From Raja brachyura (Eukaryota): DNA of 64,000 nucleotides. This document shows, one piece after another, positions 38,261 through 51,391 of this stretch. Numbering within the stretch: position 1 is the first letter of the stretch; each line of letters starts with the position of its first letter. The notes under the pieces are model-generated. The model saw nothing but the letters and a program-made list of their open reading frames with translations. It was not told the origin of the DNA and did not search any database. The stretch is taken from the NCBI GenBank assembly GCA_963514005.1, contig OY740807.1:14384001-14448000 (forward strand), given 5' to 3'. The position numbers and the translations under genes were made by a program.

Positions 38261-40119
38261 CTCTGTCCGATCTCTACCGCACGTGCATCATTTTCAGGAG
38301 TTGGTTGTAACAGCCAGGAATGAGAAGTCTGAGTGTTTTATTTGCACCCTCTCCAACACTCACTACATTTACTGAAGTGACCCAGTCAATGCTAACTGCA
38401 CACCTTCAGGAGTTAGAGTTACAAGCAAGTTCAATATGACATCAGATGGTGCACTCTTACACCAAACCACCAGGAAAGGGATAATTGAGATCTTCCCAAA
38501 TCTCCTTTGGAAAGATGCAGCATGCCCACACATCAGTTGAAGTGGGAACAGAGGATGTGGCTGCAAGCTCGTACCACACCCTGAGGTGAGGACGTCCCAA
38601 GCAGACTGCTGTTCTTTGAATCTACAACTGCTGGATCGTCCTACAGTTCTCAATCTTAATTACAGAAGCACTTCACAGACAGACTCCAAACAACACTCAC
38701 GCTGAAAGCCACTCTGAGGGAGGCACTGCAAAAACAACCTTCAGTAGTTACAAGCTGCTCCTTTTAGCGACAGGCCGTGCTGGGCATAAGCAAACACTTG
38801 CAGCTGACGATGTGTCAGATATACGACTTGTTTGGTTATCTGGGCGGCTTGTTTGCTGTCTCGGACTCCTGGAGCCAGAGGTTAACCCAACTCCTCCTCC
38901 ACAAATGCTCACTTTGATTTGATAACTGCTCTGTTTCTTTCCCCCTCCCCATGATCCTAGTCTTGCTCTGCCCATCATGAAATTATTCACTCAGGTGGAA
39001 AATGCATCTCCCCCAGTTCCAGAATGAATCCAGTCATTGTGCTGCGATTCAGAAAAATCACAACACAATCGTGTCTCTGGAATGTTATGTGTTCTGTGCA
39101 TACATTGACCTGCCAGTTGGTTAATCCACATATAAAAACACTGATTTCAGCAAACCCCACACCGGTTTCCTTGGGAGATGCACCATTGATGTGACTCATT
39201 TGCTGCTGAAACCATCAACCATGCCTTGGAACCTTCCTACCTCACTATTCATCAGAGGAAGGATCTCATAAGGTCATAAGTGATAGGTATAGAATTAGGC
39301 CACTCGGCCCATCAAGTCTACTCCGCCATTCAATCATGGCTGTTCTGTAATTGGCACCCGTTCTTGACCCGAAACATCACCCATTCCTTCATTCCCAGAG
39401 ATGCTGCCTGTCTCGCTGAGTTACTCCGGCATTTTGTCTCTATCTTTGGTGTAAACCAGCGTCTGCAGTTCCTTCCTACACTGTTCATCATCCACGCTCA
39501 TTTCATTTCGACTGATGTAAATCTCTGTTAATCCTGGTGTTCACTTGCACCATTCACGCAAAATTGCCATTCACCCAAAATTGATTTGTTTGCTGATCTT
39601 CATTTGTTCCCATCCAACAATCCTTCCATTATAATACTGTCATCCTTGTTTTCAAATCCTTATGTACTCTTAACATTTTCTCTGTAACTATCTGTAGCTC
39701 TGCAATTTCCTGCAGTGCATTTCCAGTCCTGGCCCTTTACAGATCGTTGATTTTCATCAACTAACGGTCATGTTTGTAGCTTCTTTGGCCAAAGCTTTGG
39801 AATTTCTTTGGTCTCTTTGATGTCGTAATAGCTCCTTATATTGTGCAATCTCATGATGCTCCTGTGAAGTATCTTGGGATTCATTACGGTGAAGGTGTCA
39901 TTGGCGGTGTTGCCAGTGGTGCCGGGAGACAGACCTTTGCTCACACCCACACGATGCCAGCATGGTAGGTTTAACACTTAGTGGTGACATTGCTGTCATC
40001 GTTATATCAGAAAGACGACTAAATTAAGCATCTTCAACAATTATCAAGGAAGCAGTTTCTCTCCCAGTACTCGGCAAGGTAATGAGCCAGGATTCCCATC
40101 ACTATTTCCAACAGACTTT

Positions 40120-40900
40120 GAGACAGAGAAGAAAAAAGTGATGGAGTGACTCAGCAGGTCAGGCAGCATCTCTGGAGAACATGGATAGGTGACGTTGGAC
40201 CCGTTTTCTGACTGTGGTGGACGAAAGAAACCTGGAAGTAAGGGCATGTCAAAGCCTGGCAAGTAATAGCTGGATACAGATGCAGGGTGGCCGGGGGGGT
40301 TGATAGGCAGATGGTTGGACAAAGGCCTGAGATGAAAAGACTAAAGGTGTGAGAGAAAGGGATTGAAAATTTGCATATTGTGAAGCTAGAGGAATGAATG
40401 TAGGCGGAAGGGGAAGGTGCATGGAGAAATGGGTATGAGTCCAGGTGGGAGATGGGGGAGGGTGGGCTATTGATATCTAAAATTGGAGAATTCAATTCAT
40501 ACTGTTGGCTATCCAAGCAGAATATGAAGTGCTGCTCCTCCAGTTTGCGTGTTGCCTCACTCTGGCAAAGGACGAGGCTCAGGACAAAAAGGTCAGTATG
40601 GGAATGGGAAGAGAAGTTAAAATGGTTAGCAACTGGGATGTCCAGTAGGCCTTGACGGACCGAGCACAGGTATTCGGCGAAATTATAACCGAATCATAAC
40701 CGGTTCATAACATTACCGAAATGATAAATGATAACCGATTCTATGCTTTGTTTTACCAATGAACAGGAGACCACATCATCTACATGCAGTGGATGAGGTG
40801 AGATGAGTTGCATGTGAACCTCTGTCTCACCTGAAATGACTCTGAGGTCCCTGGATGCAGGTGAAGGAGGTATTGGGTCATGCACAGACATCTTCAATCC
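40120..40900 (-). mobile_element. Penelope-like retroelement 3' part (GIY-YIG endonuclease relic plus pLTR)
   Basis: Minus strand: IQGPQSHF…VRQRFTCNSSHLIHC…CGLLFIGKTKHRIG…; FAEYLCSVRQGLLDIPVANHFNFSSHSHTDLFVLSLVLCQSEATRKLEEQHFIFCL, a PLE GIY-YIG pattern. Confidence 0.85.
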
Positions 40901-41206
40901 TCCATAGGACCGCTTGGGCAGCCCCTACAGAATCAAAGTCGGACTATGATCCAGGAATTCAGATACTTTGAAACCGACGTCTTCCTCAGGCTGAAACAGC
41001 TCAATGGGCAAATTGGTGGAAACACTTTCTTCAAGACTCAGCAACTTTCCTTGTGAGGAAAGGGAATGTCTCTTGACTGCAACATTGAATGAGCACACAA
41101 TGATCATCAGTGATAAATAATAAGCTTGGAAGCTGCAGATATGGCCGAGGCAAACTTCTTCCCCAGCTTTGAAAATCCCCTGGTTCACATCCCGGAGGGA
41201 GACAAA

Positions 41207-41953
41207 TGCCCCTGTCCCACTAAGGAAACCTGAACGGAATCCTCTGGTGACCACCCAAGGTTTCCATGAGTTGCCAGAGGTATTGGTCACTCGCCTGGAA
41301 AGCCTCGACCGAAGCGTGAGCTGCATCAACTGACCAAAGATCCTACAGGATCTTTGCTACCGACCGCGCACACACACACACACAAACACATCGCAAAGGT
41401 GGGGGCCAGGGACAGCGGAGGAGCGCTGTCTGCGCGATGAAGAGGAAGGTAAACGGCTGCCACAGAGCACGTTAAGTCCTTTAGAGAGCGTGGGAGGGAG
41501 GGAGAGAAGGGGAGAGAAGGGGAGAGAGAAGGGGAGAGGGAAGGGGGAGAGAAGGGGGGGGAAGAAGAAGTGGAGACTGTTTTAAGAAGTTTAATAAAGT
41601 TAGCAGGCATTTTACCTTTCGGCGGATCATCTAGGTCCTGAAAACCAAAGATCCTGTAGCATCTTTGCCGAAAACTCCAATGAGCCAATCAAAATGGCCG
41701 GTCAGCGAAGGAGATTGCCTTCGACTGCCTGTAAGTAAATAGCAACGCCACTGGCTTCGACCAAACGGCAACCTATTTTTAGTCGAGGCCGGTTTTGATT
41801 TTGTTGAAATAATCGCAGGAACGTAGAAGAAGCCTCGACTACGCGGAAATCACTTTCGACCGTTAGGGAGAGTGACCAAAACCTCCGGGAACCTCACGGA
41901 AACCTTGGGTCACCAGAGGTTTCCATTCAGGTTTCCTAAGTGGGACAGGGGCA
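41207..41953. mobile_element. PIF/Harbinger-type non-autonomous DNA transposon (747 bp)
   Basis: Long TIRs TGCCCCTGTCCCACT(A/T)AGGAAACCTGAA(C/T)GGAA…CTCTGGTGACC; 3-bp AAA flanks on both sides; internal (CA)n and GGAGAGAAGG repeats. Confidence 0.88.
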
Positions 41954-41999
41954 AAACTGATAATGCTGGGTTTGCAACAGATGCAATCCTCTGATAAGT

Positions 42000-42093
42000 C
42001 CTCAGTCCGGGTCTCGACCCGAAACGTCGCCTATCTCCTTCGCTCTTTAGATGCTGCTGCACCCGCTGAGTTTCTCCAGCTTTTTGTGTAACC
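42000..42093 (+). mobile_element. 94-bp 5'-truncated Penelope-derived unit with 14-bp TSD
   Basis: gggtctcgacccgaaacgtcgcc…tttttgtgtaacc, flanked by atcctctgataagt at 41986-41999 and 42094-42107. Confidence 0.85.
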
Positions 42094-42259
42094 ATCCTCT
42101 GATAAGTGGTTGGAGAGGAAGGAACATGGGTCTTCTGCTGACAGTAATCTATGACTGCGGACTTGTTAGAACCGATACTTTGTTTCTCAGTTTCCCAGAA
42201 AGACAATCCCAAGACCTAAAGGCAATACCACACTGTCCTGGCACATATTAGATTATCTT

Positions 42260-42386
42260 GACACAAAGAACTTCAGATGCAGGAATCTTGTGCGGAACAC
42301 AAAGTGCTGGAGTAACTCAGTGGATCAGCGAGCAGCTCTGGAGGACCTGGATGGGTGACGTTTCGGGTCGGGACCCTTTTTCAGAT
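42260..42386 (-). mobile_element. Penelope-derived short unit
   Basis: gacacaaagaacttcagatgcagg…ggtgacgtttcgggtcgggacccttttttcag. Confidence 0.75.
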
Positions 42387-44183
42387 GATGTCACGGTATA
42401 GGCAAGGGACTGCAAAGATGTGCCCATCACCCGGTAAGTGGCAGAGACTGATGCTGGTGGGAGTGGCCTCGGCCTAATTATCATGTCAGCCTCGTGTCAA
42501 ACAACAGTGGCAAGGGAAGCACTGCTGCAAGAAAATCAATTATGATGCTCTCGGCACCCTGCATGGAAAAGAAGCTCTCTGTCGACAGCAACGCACTGAC
42601 AACTTTCCAAAAAATGGACACATATATACATTTTTATTTCCAAAAACAGATTCCGTCACCTTCCTTCTCTCCTCCCTCCTCTCCACCCCCACTGTTTACT
42701 CTCAAACCAACTGGCTGATTGAATTGTTCACTGACCTTTGACCCATCACAGTCTGCAGCCTTCAAGCCACCCTGCCATGCAGTGATTGGATCTCCTGTAG
42801 TTTTATGAAGTTGTTCTTTGCTAATAAAACACTAACTGCTGGGCTTAAGTGCTTCTTCATGACCCCCTGGTTACCACCTAGTGATGACCTCATGACCCTA
42901 CTTTGGGCCCAGTCAATTTTGACCGTATTTCTGCTGTAGTTCTGTGCTCAGCTTAGAAGCAAATGCAACGTTTTCTGTGCTGAAGCTAGGAGAGGAAGGC
43001 AAGGGTTTGTACAGAGACCCTGCTATCATTCTTGGACCCCCAGAGTCTGCTAGTGGGTCCAGAACACGTTCCTGCCAATAACACCTCGGTATTCCAGCTG
43101 TGAGACAAAGCAAATGCGCTTTTTGGGTTGAATTCAAAAAATTCATTGGTAGCTCTAGAAAAATTAAAATGGCCTGGAAGCAACAACCTTCCACCCCAAT
43201 AAAGTCGTCTCTTCTCGCGAATACGTCGAAATATCCTGGACAGGGTCGCCAATCCTGGAGATTGAGGCCAATTCACCAGGACATGTGGCAATCAGTATTC
43301 AAGAGAACGGAAATCAAAGGTTATTTGAAAAAAAGATGTATTTTCATTTCCTTTACTTATTTTTTGTTTTCTCATTCTAAATCTATTGGAGATGGGGGAG
43401 GGGGTTGTTGGGGGTGAGGAACAAATGTTTAATTGGGTGGGCAATGGGTCAGGTGATGTCACCTCCAGGAGTCTGACCAACTTGATTTGGAAAACCCTCA
43501 TCTCAAGCCAAGGCCTCCCGGATGCCGGATGTTTTCTGTGTATGCAGCTGTCAACGGCAAACAAATTCAAGAGGGAGATTTACGAGTAAAAAGAGTGAGA
43601 CCGATTGCAAATCCACTTAAACACACGTGTTTACTGTTAAAGTCGGGATTGCCAGTGTCCTGAGAGGCGGGTTCACTGGAGAGGCATCGGTATCCTGCCA
43701 ATGGGGCTTGCCTTTTGGAAGTGGTCAAAGTGCAGACTGGCTGGCTTTACTCTTGTGCCAGAAAAGATTCATAGATTCCCGTTCCCTTGGAAACCTGATG
43801 CTATAAGGAACAATGCTGTATTCGTTGTGGTGGATAAGACGTCGACAAATGGTTTTCCTGCTCACAACCCCTCACAATATCACCGCTCGCAGCTCCAATG
43901 ATACTATTCAAGCGCTTGTCCCAGATACCAGTGGCACTGGTGGGGTTCTTTCTCAGGACTACCATGCAGACTTTAGCAATTTAAACATTAAATTTCAAGA
44001 CACTCTCACTGGCATTAAAAAAATTGGAAAAAATATTTCCAAAAAAATGTCCTTGGGCTTTAAGGCTGACAGCTCAGAATGAGAAAAAAAAAGTACATGC
44101 ATAAGAGAGAGGAGCAGTCCACTCGGCCCCTCAAACCAACTCTGCCCTTCAATAAAGTTTGTGGCCTGAACATCACTTTTCTT

Positions 44184-44704
44184 GTTTTTGTTAATATTTT
44201 TATTAGAAGCAATGCATATTGCCAACAATATAACAGTTTTTCAAATACACATTTAACTTGTTTCAAAAATTATACAAATATTACGAAATGATTTATGTAA
44301 GCTTCTGTTTTTTTTTGGAAAGTAAAGAAGTGAAAGAATAGATCTATAATCAATAGAGATAGTGATTAAATAATAATGATTATGATTATATAAGAAAAAT
44401 AAAAAATGAAAAAAAACAAATAAAAAAAATAAAAAATAATAAAAGAAAATAATTATTATATAATTTTAAAAAATGAAGTATACATCTTAACAATGAATGG
44501 AACAATTTCACATAACAATATCTATAGAGACGTGTATACAAATTCCAGAATAGATCTTTTCATCTAATCCTACAACTGGGTACTTATGGAGTTACAATGC
44601 TGAGCTCAGCTACCAAATAGTCAGTGAATGGAGACCATATTTGTTCAAAAAGTTCATATTTGTCCATCAGGACAAACCTGATTCTCTCCAAATGCAACGT
44701 CTTA
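44184..44704 (-). mobile_element. L1/Tx1-clade LINE 3' end nested in a CR1 tail, 15-bp TSD
   Basis: Minus strand TLHLERIRFVLMDKYELFEQIWSPFTDYL (L1 ORF2 C-terminal W.PF motif), T-rich 3' UTR and AATAAA. TSD aacatcacttttctt at 44169-44183 and 44705-44719. Confidence 0.85.
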
Positions 44705-44719
44705 AACATCACTTTTCTT

Positions 44720-45790
44720 ACTCACTCGCCATATCCCTTGATTCCTTGTAGTTTTAAATGCTTTTTGACCTCTGCCTTAAATACTTTCAATGTTCTCCAC
44801 CTTCACAGTCCTCTAGGATAAAGAATTCCAGAGATTTATGGCCCTTTGGGGGAAAAGAAAATCCTCCTCGTCTTCATCTGTATAGTTGAACCCTTATTCT
44901 GTAACTCGGGGAATTATCCTCTCAGCAACCACTTGTCAATCCTCCACAGAATCTTATATAGGTTCAGTTCACATTCTTCTGTTCTCCAACAGGTTTAGGC
45001 TCAGCCTGCTTAACATTTCCTTTTACAGGTTAACTCACTTCATTCTAGAGATTAACATAGTGAATCTACGCAGCACTCTCTCCATTTCAAGACCATCCTT
45101 CTTTAAATAAGGACAGCAAAACAGCATGCAATATTCCAGGTGCCATCTCGGCAGTGCCCTGGAAAGTTGCTTCAATAGTTCCCTTCTTTGATACTCCTAT
45201 CCTTTTGCAATAAAGTCTAATACTCCACTATTCTTTTCAAGTACCTGCTGCGTGCCGATCTGTTGTCTCTCTCACACTAAGACCCTTATTTAATTCTGTT
45301 CTGCATCATGTTGTCGTCTCACTGGGTTTGAATAAAGACTTGCTTTTCACTTTTCATCCTAATTGGATAATCTCACATTTTGCACATTATCTTCCACGTT
45401 ACCGAGTAACTTCCAAGTTATATCCTCTTGCACACTCTTTGTGCCCTCATCATAACTTGCAGAGCCATCTCTTCTTGTACCATCAGCTTTTATGGCTCCA
45501 ATATAAATGGTCCCTTCATCCAATTGACTAACATAGATTATAAATACATGAGGCCCCAGTACTGATCCCTGTGGCAGCCAATAGTTATTGTTGTTATTTG
45601 AAACATGATCCATTTATCCCAAGTCTCTGTTTTCTGTTAGTTAGCAATGTCTTGATTAGTACAGCTGTCAGAGGTTATGGTGAGAAATGGGGTTAGGAGG
45701 GAGAGATAGATCAGCCATGATTGAATGGCAGAGTAGACCTGATGGGCCGAAAGGCCTAATCCTACTCCTATCACATATGACCTTATGCTC
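44720..45790. mobile_element. Old minus-strand CR1 (44720-45640) plus a plus-strand CR1 3' tail (45645-45790)
   Basis: LPQGSVLGPHVFIIY RT motif (ORF 45359-45613); tail gagagatagatcagccatgattgaatggc. Confidence 0.8.
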
Positions 45791-47669
45791 TTATGCTCTT
45801 TATTAATGCCTTCTGGAAATGCAAATAATCTACATGCCCTTCATTCACTCTGTTAAGGACGTCCTCAAAGTACTCGAACAAGTTTGGTTTCATAAATGGA
45901 ACACTTGAATTGTCAAGGCACATAAGGTTGCAGACCAAGGGCTATTAATAGGTGGCTGATGGTCATTATTGATATTATGGGCTGAAGGGCCTGTTTCTGT
46001 CCTGTGTGGCCCGATGACTCTAAAACCATTCAATGGTTTAGAAATTCACTTGTCTTCCATAGTGAGGTAACCAAGAGAAGAAAGTTAATCACAGCCCCAG
46101 AAAAAAATCCTTGCAGCTTCTCATAAAACATAATTGGTCCGAACATGGCACCAATTTAGCTTTCCGTTCCAAGGAGACCATTCCCTGAGTGAACCTGTTC
46201 TGACCTTGAGGAGAAACTGGTACCAGAATGACTTGCCACCCAGCGTTAGATCAATCATTCATCAAATCTGTGTGTATTAGTATCCACTGGCTGGGATATC
46301 TGTAAAATTACAACAACATGTACCTCTGGGATGTACCCATGGTCACTGCTTCTCTGGACTGTGGTACCTGCAGACTCGGGATGGTAACAGCAGGACAGAG
46401 CAAGAGGCAATGTACTTTCAAAGAGCCAGTCTATAACCGGCGAAAATAAATTGAGCACATAGATGAAATTGTACAGTTCCTTATGAATCATGCAGTGTTT
46501 GGATGATTCGGTGACCATGCAGGACTGATGCAGGCCGGATATGAAACTAATGATGAGTGATCACTCTCTGAGGACTGTGCTTGTACAGCACTCTAAGACA
46601 TGATGATTAAAGATCTTATTAATATACAAAGCAGGAGGCCCTGGGTTCAAATCCCCAGTCTACGCAGAGCTAGCTGATCTCCACAAAGGTAATAGGTCTA
46701 CATTGGCCCCTAATTCCCTGGGGCAGGGCGAAATGGGGGTATCAACCTGCCTCTTACTCCTGACGGCAGTCAGTCATTCATGACAATGAAGATTCCCCTG
46801 TGTTGAATAGCCACTATTTAAAACTATATATCGCACAAACTATTATGGGAAATGCTGGAGATGTCCCCAGATCTGTGTACAAATGCCTTTAACATAAGAG
46901 GAAAGCTTATGTAACACATATTGAGATTTTGGGAGTGCTGTAAACCTAAAATGACACATTATTGTTTATGTGCAATACATTTGCAGTTAAAAGAAGATCC
47001 TGGTTTAACTTTACATGATAGTGAACGTGAAGAATTAGAGGTTCTCAAAATCAGAAGTGACTTTATTGGATAAATACTGGTTTAAGTCCATGGTATCTGT
47101 AGCTACACAACTGCCTGCAGAATCCGAGCACTCCAGGTCAGATGATCAGCTTGGAGGTTCTCCAATGTAAATAATCAGCCAACAACATGCATTTATGGGG
47201 CATCTTTGGAGTAACATTTCCCCGACATGTCACAGGAGAGTCTTTAGGCAAAATCTGACAGTGAGCCATTAAAGGAGAGCATTCTCTCAGTGAGCCGCCA
47301 ACCTAGAGGGGAAGCCAGTACCAGGATTAACTGCTTCCTACTGTTAATGGCAGAGATATTAGAGCACAGCAGCCGGCTCTTTATACAGCCTTTCTTCAGT
47401 CACATGTCCCTATGTTCTTTCTCCACAATCATCCAAATTGTTAACTTTCAATATTATCCAATTCCTTTTCGAAAGCTGCAATGGAATCTATGTCTTCCAC
47501 ATCTTCGGGTAGTGCATTCCAAGTCATAGCAATCTCTCCTCATGGTCTTTCCATACATTGGTTGAAGAGAAAGCATCCCATTTGCCTGTTGAATAGACTT
47601 ATTGGCCTACCATGCTATCTTTACGGATCTGTGAATATATATGCACTCCAAGTCCTTGAGTTCCCTCAT

Positions 47670-48130
47670 GTCATAGAATATGATCATGGCTGATCATCCA
47701 ACTCAGTATCCTGTACCTGCCTTCTCTCCATACCCCCTGATCCCTTTAGCCACAAGGGCCACATCTAGCTCCCTCTTAAATATAGCCAATGAACTGGCCT
47801 CAACTACCTTCTGTGGCAGAGAATTCCACAGACTCACCACTCTCTGTGTGAAAAAAGATCTTCTCATCTCGGTCCTAAAAGACTTCCCCCTTATCCTTAA
47901 ACTGTGACCCCTTGTTCTGGAGTTCCCCAACATCGGGAACAATCTTCCTGCATCTAGCCTGTCCAACCCCTTAAGAATTTTGTAAGCCTCTATAAGATCC
48001 CCCCTCAATCTCCTAAATTCCAGAAGTACAAGCCGAGTCTATCCAGTCTTTATTCATATGGAAGTCCTGCCATCCCAGGAATCAGTCTGGTGAACCTTCT
48101 CTGTACTCCCTCTATGGCAATGCATTCTCC
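47670..48130 (-). mobile_element. Young CR1 3' end
   Basis: ORF 47703-48008 RGDLIEAYKILKGLDRLDAGRLFPMLGNSRTRGHSLRIRGKSFRTEMRRSFFTQRVVSLWNSLPQ… is an intact C-terminus. Confidence 0.95.
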
Positions 48131-48139
48131 TCTTGTTGA

Positions 48140-49000
48140 ATACACCCCTGCACTGCTGCATGTCCTCAAATGCATTACCGCACACTTCTCTAGATTAAAA
48201 TTAATTTGCCATTTTTCTGCCCAACTAATCAGACGAGCTTTGTGGTCTATCTGTGGTCGATGTTTCCTCCTCACTGTCAATCACATGGCCAATTTTTGTA
48301 ATTGTAAATTTCTTTATCATGCTCCCATACTTTAGTCTAAATTAACATATTTCAAAAATCAAGGGATCAAGTTCTAAGCCACGTTGAACCCAGTGGCAGC
48401 TATCTGCTAATCACAAAAAATCCTGTAAATTATTACCTTCGAGCTCTGCCACTGAGCCAGCATCAGATCATTCTGCCACTCTCTCTTGGATCCCAACATT
48501 TTTATTCAGTTTACCACATGGGATCTTGCCAAAGTTCATTTAGATTAAATTACATTGGCCTCTTCGCTCACTCCTGTTACTTTCTCCAAAAAAAATCATA
48601 CATGATAGTCAGATTTGACCTCCCAACGGAACCATACTGAATGTCCTCAAATCTTAATGAAGGTTTATACTCTCCCTCAGGATTGACTCCTATAATTTGT
48701 CCAATGCCAAAATTAAGAAAACTAGTCTATATTGCTTTTTATTCTTTTCTGCGCTTTCGAATCAGCAACACAATGTTGGCAGTCCTCCAGTTTTCTGGCT
48801 TCACTCCTATAGCCAGAAAGGATTGAAAAATTATGGTCAGAATGTTTGCAATTTCCTCCTTTACCTCTTTTAACAGCCTGGGTTATATTTATCCAGCCCT
48901 GGTGGTTTGTCCACTTTCAAAAATGCAGAATTCCCCCAAATGTTGTCCCTTCTCCATGTTTATGGCAGCTAGTATTCGTACCCTGCGTCCTTCACTACAT
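48140..49000 (-). mobile_element. Old CR1 RT fragment
   Basis: LISWAEKWQINFNLEKCAVMHL, a CR1 RT motif. Confidence 0.7.
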
Positions 49001-49819
49001 CATTAATATTGTTTCCAAAGCCAATTTCTCATCCATGCTACCTTTTATTCTAGTCACCATGGATTAAAACAGTCAGTGTTAGCAACGATATTTTTAATAA
49101 TCGGCCTTTTATATGGGACTTTATTAAACACCTTGAAAATGCACATAAATAACATCAACTTCATTAACTTCATTTATCAATAATATCACCTCAAAAATAT
49201 TCAGTCGGGTTAGTTGAACACAACGTTTGCTTTTAACAAGCTGGCTCCCCTGTATTAATTCAGACTCCCCCTTTAATTTGCTTTGCATATTCTTGTTCCT
49301 AATGGCTCTCCTGACTTCTTCTTTAAACATAGCCATTGTTCCATTCCCATTTCCATATCAATTTCCACGTATTTTATTATTTTTACTACCTTCCCTTTTG
49401 GCAAGAATTTGGCAACTTCCTTCCCTTTAGTAAGTACAGACACAAAACATTCTATAGGTATTTTGACCAAACATTTTTGATTCTACATTTATTCAGTTTA
49501 TCAGCTTTAGGTTAGTTATGATATTGTGAGCAGAGGGCAAACAATTAAAACAAATGTAAACATGATTATTCCAAAAATAATAAGCACAAGGTCCATGAGA
49601 AAAAAAAAATCATATGTTGCCCTTAAATTTAATAAACATCACAAAATGCCTTTACAAAGGTATGGGGATAAAATTGATATGGGGCCTAACGCATTAGAAG
49701 TTGCTCACCAAAAGCTTCTTATTCTCCAGAGAACTGCTGAGTACAACTTCATTTAGGCTGCGTAGGCATGAGAGTAAAATCGGTGCAAGGGGCTCGGAAG
49801 GATGGAGATTAGATTTTCA

Positions 49820-50612
49820 GTTTTAGTTTAATTTCAAAGATGCAGCATGGAAACAGGCCCTTTGGTCCATCGAGTCCATGCGGACCATTGATCAGTCTTT
49901 CACACTGATACAGTCATAAAACATGGAAACAGGGCCTTTGGCCCAAATTTCCCATGCCGACCAAAATGCCCCATTTATGCTAGTCCCACCAGCCTGGGTT
50001 TAGCCCATATCCTTCTAAACCTTTCCTATTCATGTACCCGTCCAAATATCTTTTAAATGTTGTTATACTACCTGCTTAAAGTACCTCCTCTGGCAGCTCT
50101 TTCCATCTACCCAACACCCTCTGTATTAAAAAGTTGCTCTCAGGCTCCTACTAAATCTGTCCATTCTCACAAACCTATCTCCTCGAGTTCTTGATTCCCC
50201 TGCGCTCTCGGGAAAAAAACTGTGCCCTCTGTTCACCCTCTCTGTTGCCCTCATTATTTTATATATCTCTATAAGATACCCCCTCAACCTTCAGTGCCCC
50301 AAGGGATAAATTCCTAGCCTGCTTAACCTCTCCCTCCAATTCAGGCCCTCAGGTCCTGGCATCATCTTCATTCCATCTTATCCCACTTTATCATCCACTC
50401 CCTACATATTAATGGCAATTTTACAGAGGCCAATTATCATAAAAATCCTCACATCTTTGGGATGTGGGAGACAACCGGAGCACCCGGAGGTAACCTAAAC
50501 GGTCACAGGGAGAAAGTACAAACTCCACAGAGATGGCACCAGAGGTCAGGGTCTAACGTGGATCTTTTGAGCTGTGGGCAGCAGCTCTACCAGCTGCGCC
50601 ACTGTGCCGCTA
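49820..50612 (-). mobile_element. HE1 V-SINE interrupted by a CR1 3' fragment (~49910-50370)
   Basis: SINE tail at 49820-49905 and head at 50375-50610 (…gcagctctaccagctgcgccactgtgccgc), with CR1 sequence between. Confidence 0.8.
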
Positions 50613-51391
50613 AGATGTTGATGAAACATCTCTGTCAATGATTCACCTGAACATAAGAATTTTTCGTCGAATTTCCAAGGATATGTTAGCAAATGGAATC
50701 CATTCTGTGCTGACATTTTATGTCTAAGGTTTCAGATGAAACAGTAACCAGAAATCATATTTGCCCTATTGCATAGTTGTAAAAATCTAATTTTTCCTGA
50801 AAGCTAATGATTTCTCTGAAGTGCCCAGGTCAACATTTATCCCCCAACCAAAATCACCAAAAACAATATTATATTGCTCTCAGTGGAACTTGCTGTGTAC
50901 AGGATCATGCTCACTTTCCTATCCTACTGCAGTAAATGGTTGTGAAGTACTTCGGGGAATGAATGCCGATATATCTTTCAAAAGATGTGAAAGATAAAGG
51001 GCAGCTTAGGTAAGAAATGTGGAGGAAATTAAATACAAAAATAGTATTAAACTTGAGGTGTTGAGGGTGAATGAACAGAGGTATTTTTACCTTGAGCACA
51101 GGGAAATCAAGAACTAGAAGAGATAGGTTTACGGTGGGAGTGAAAAGATTTAATGCGAGCCTGAGAGCAACCTTTTCATACATAGGGTGGTGGGTATATG
51201 GAACGAGCTGCCAGAGCAGTATTTACAGTATACAACTTATATTTATACATTTATACATTGGTACAAGGGTACCATTGGTACAAACAAAATACTGATGTTG
51301 ACATTCAGGGAGGATTGATGCTGGCAGGTTGGTGAGGGCAGCAGTAGAGTATCCACATATCGTCTGGGGATTTCTGTAACAAAGAGAGTTA

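Noticed and set aside
46548-46575. C-box (ATGATGA) and D-box (CTGA) suggesting a snoRNA
   Set aside because: The boxes are only ~12 nt apart with no terminal stem; too short for a C/D snoRNA.
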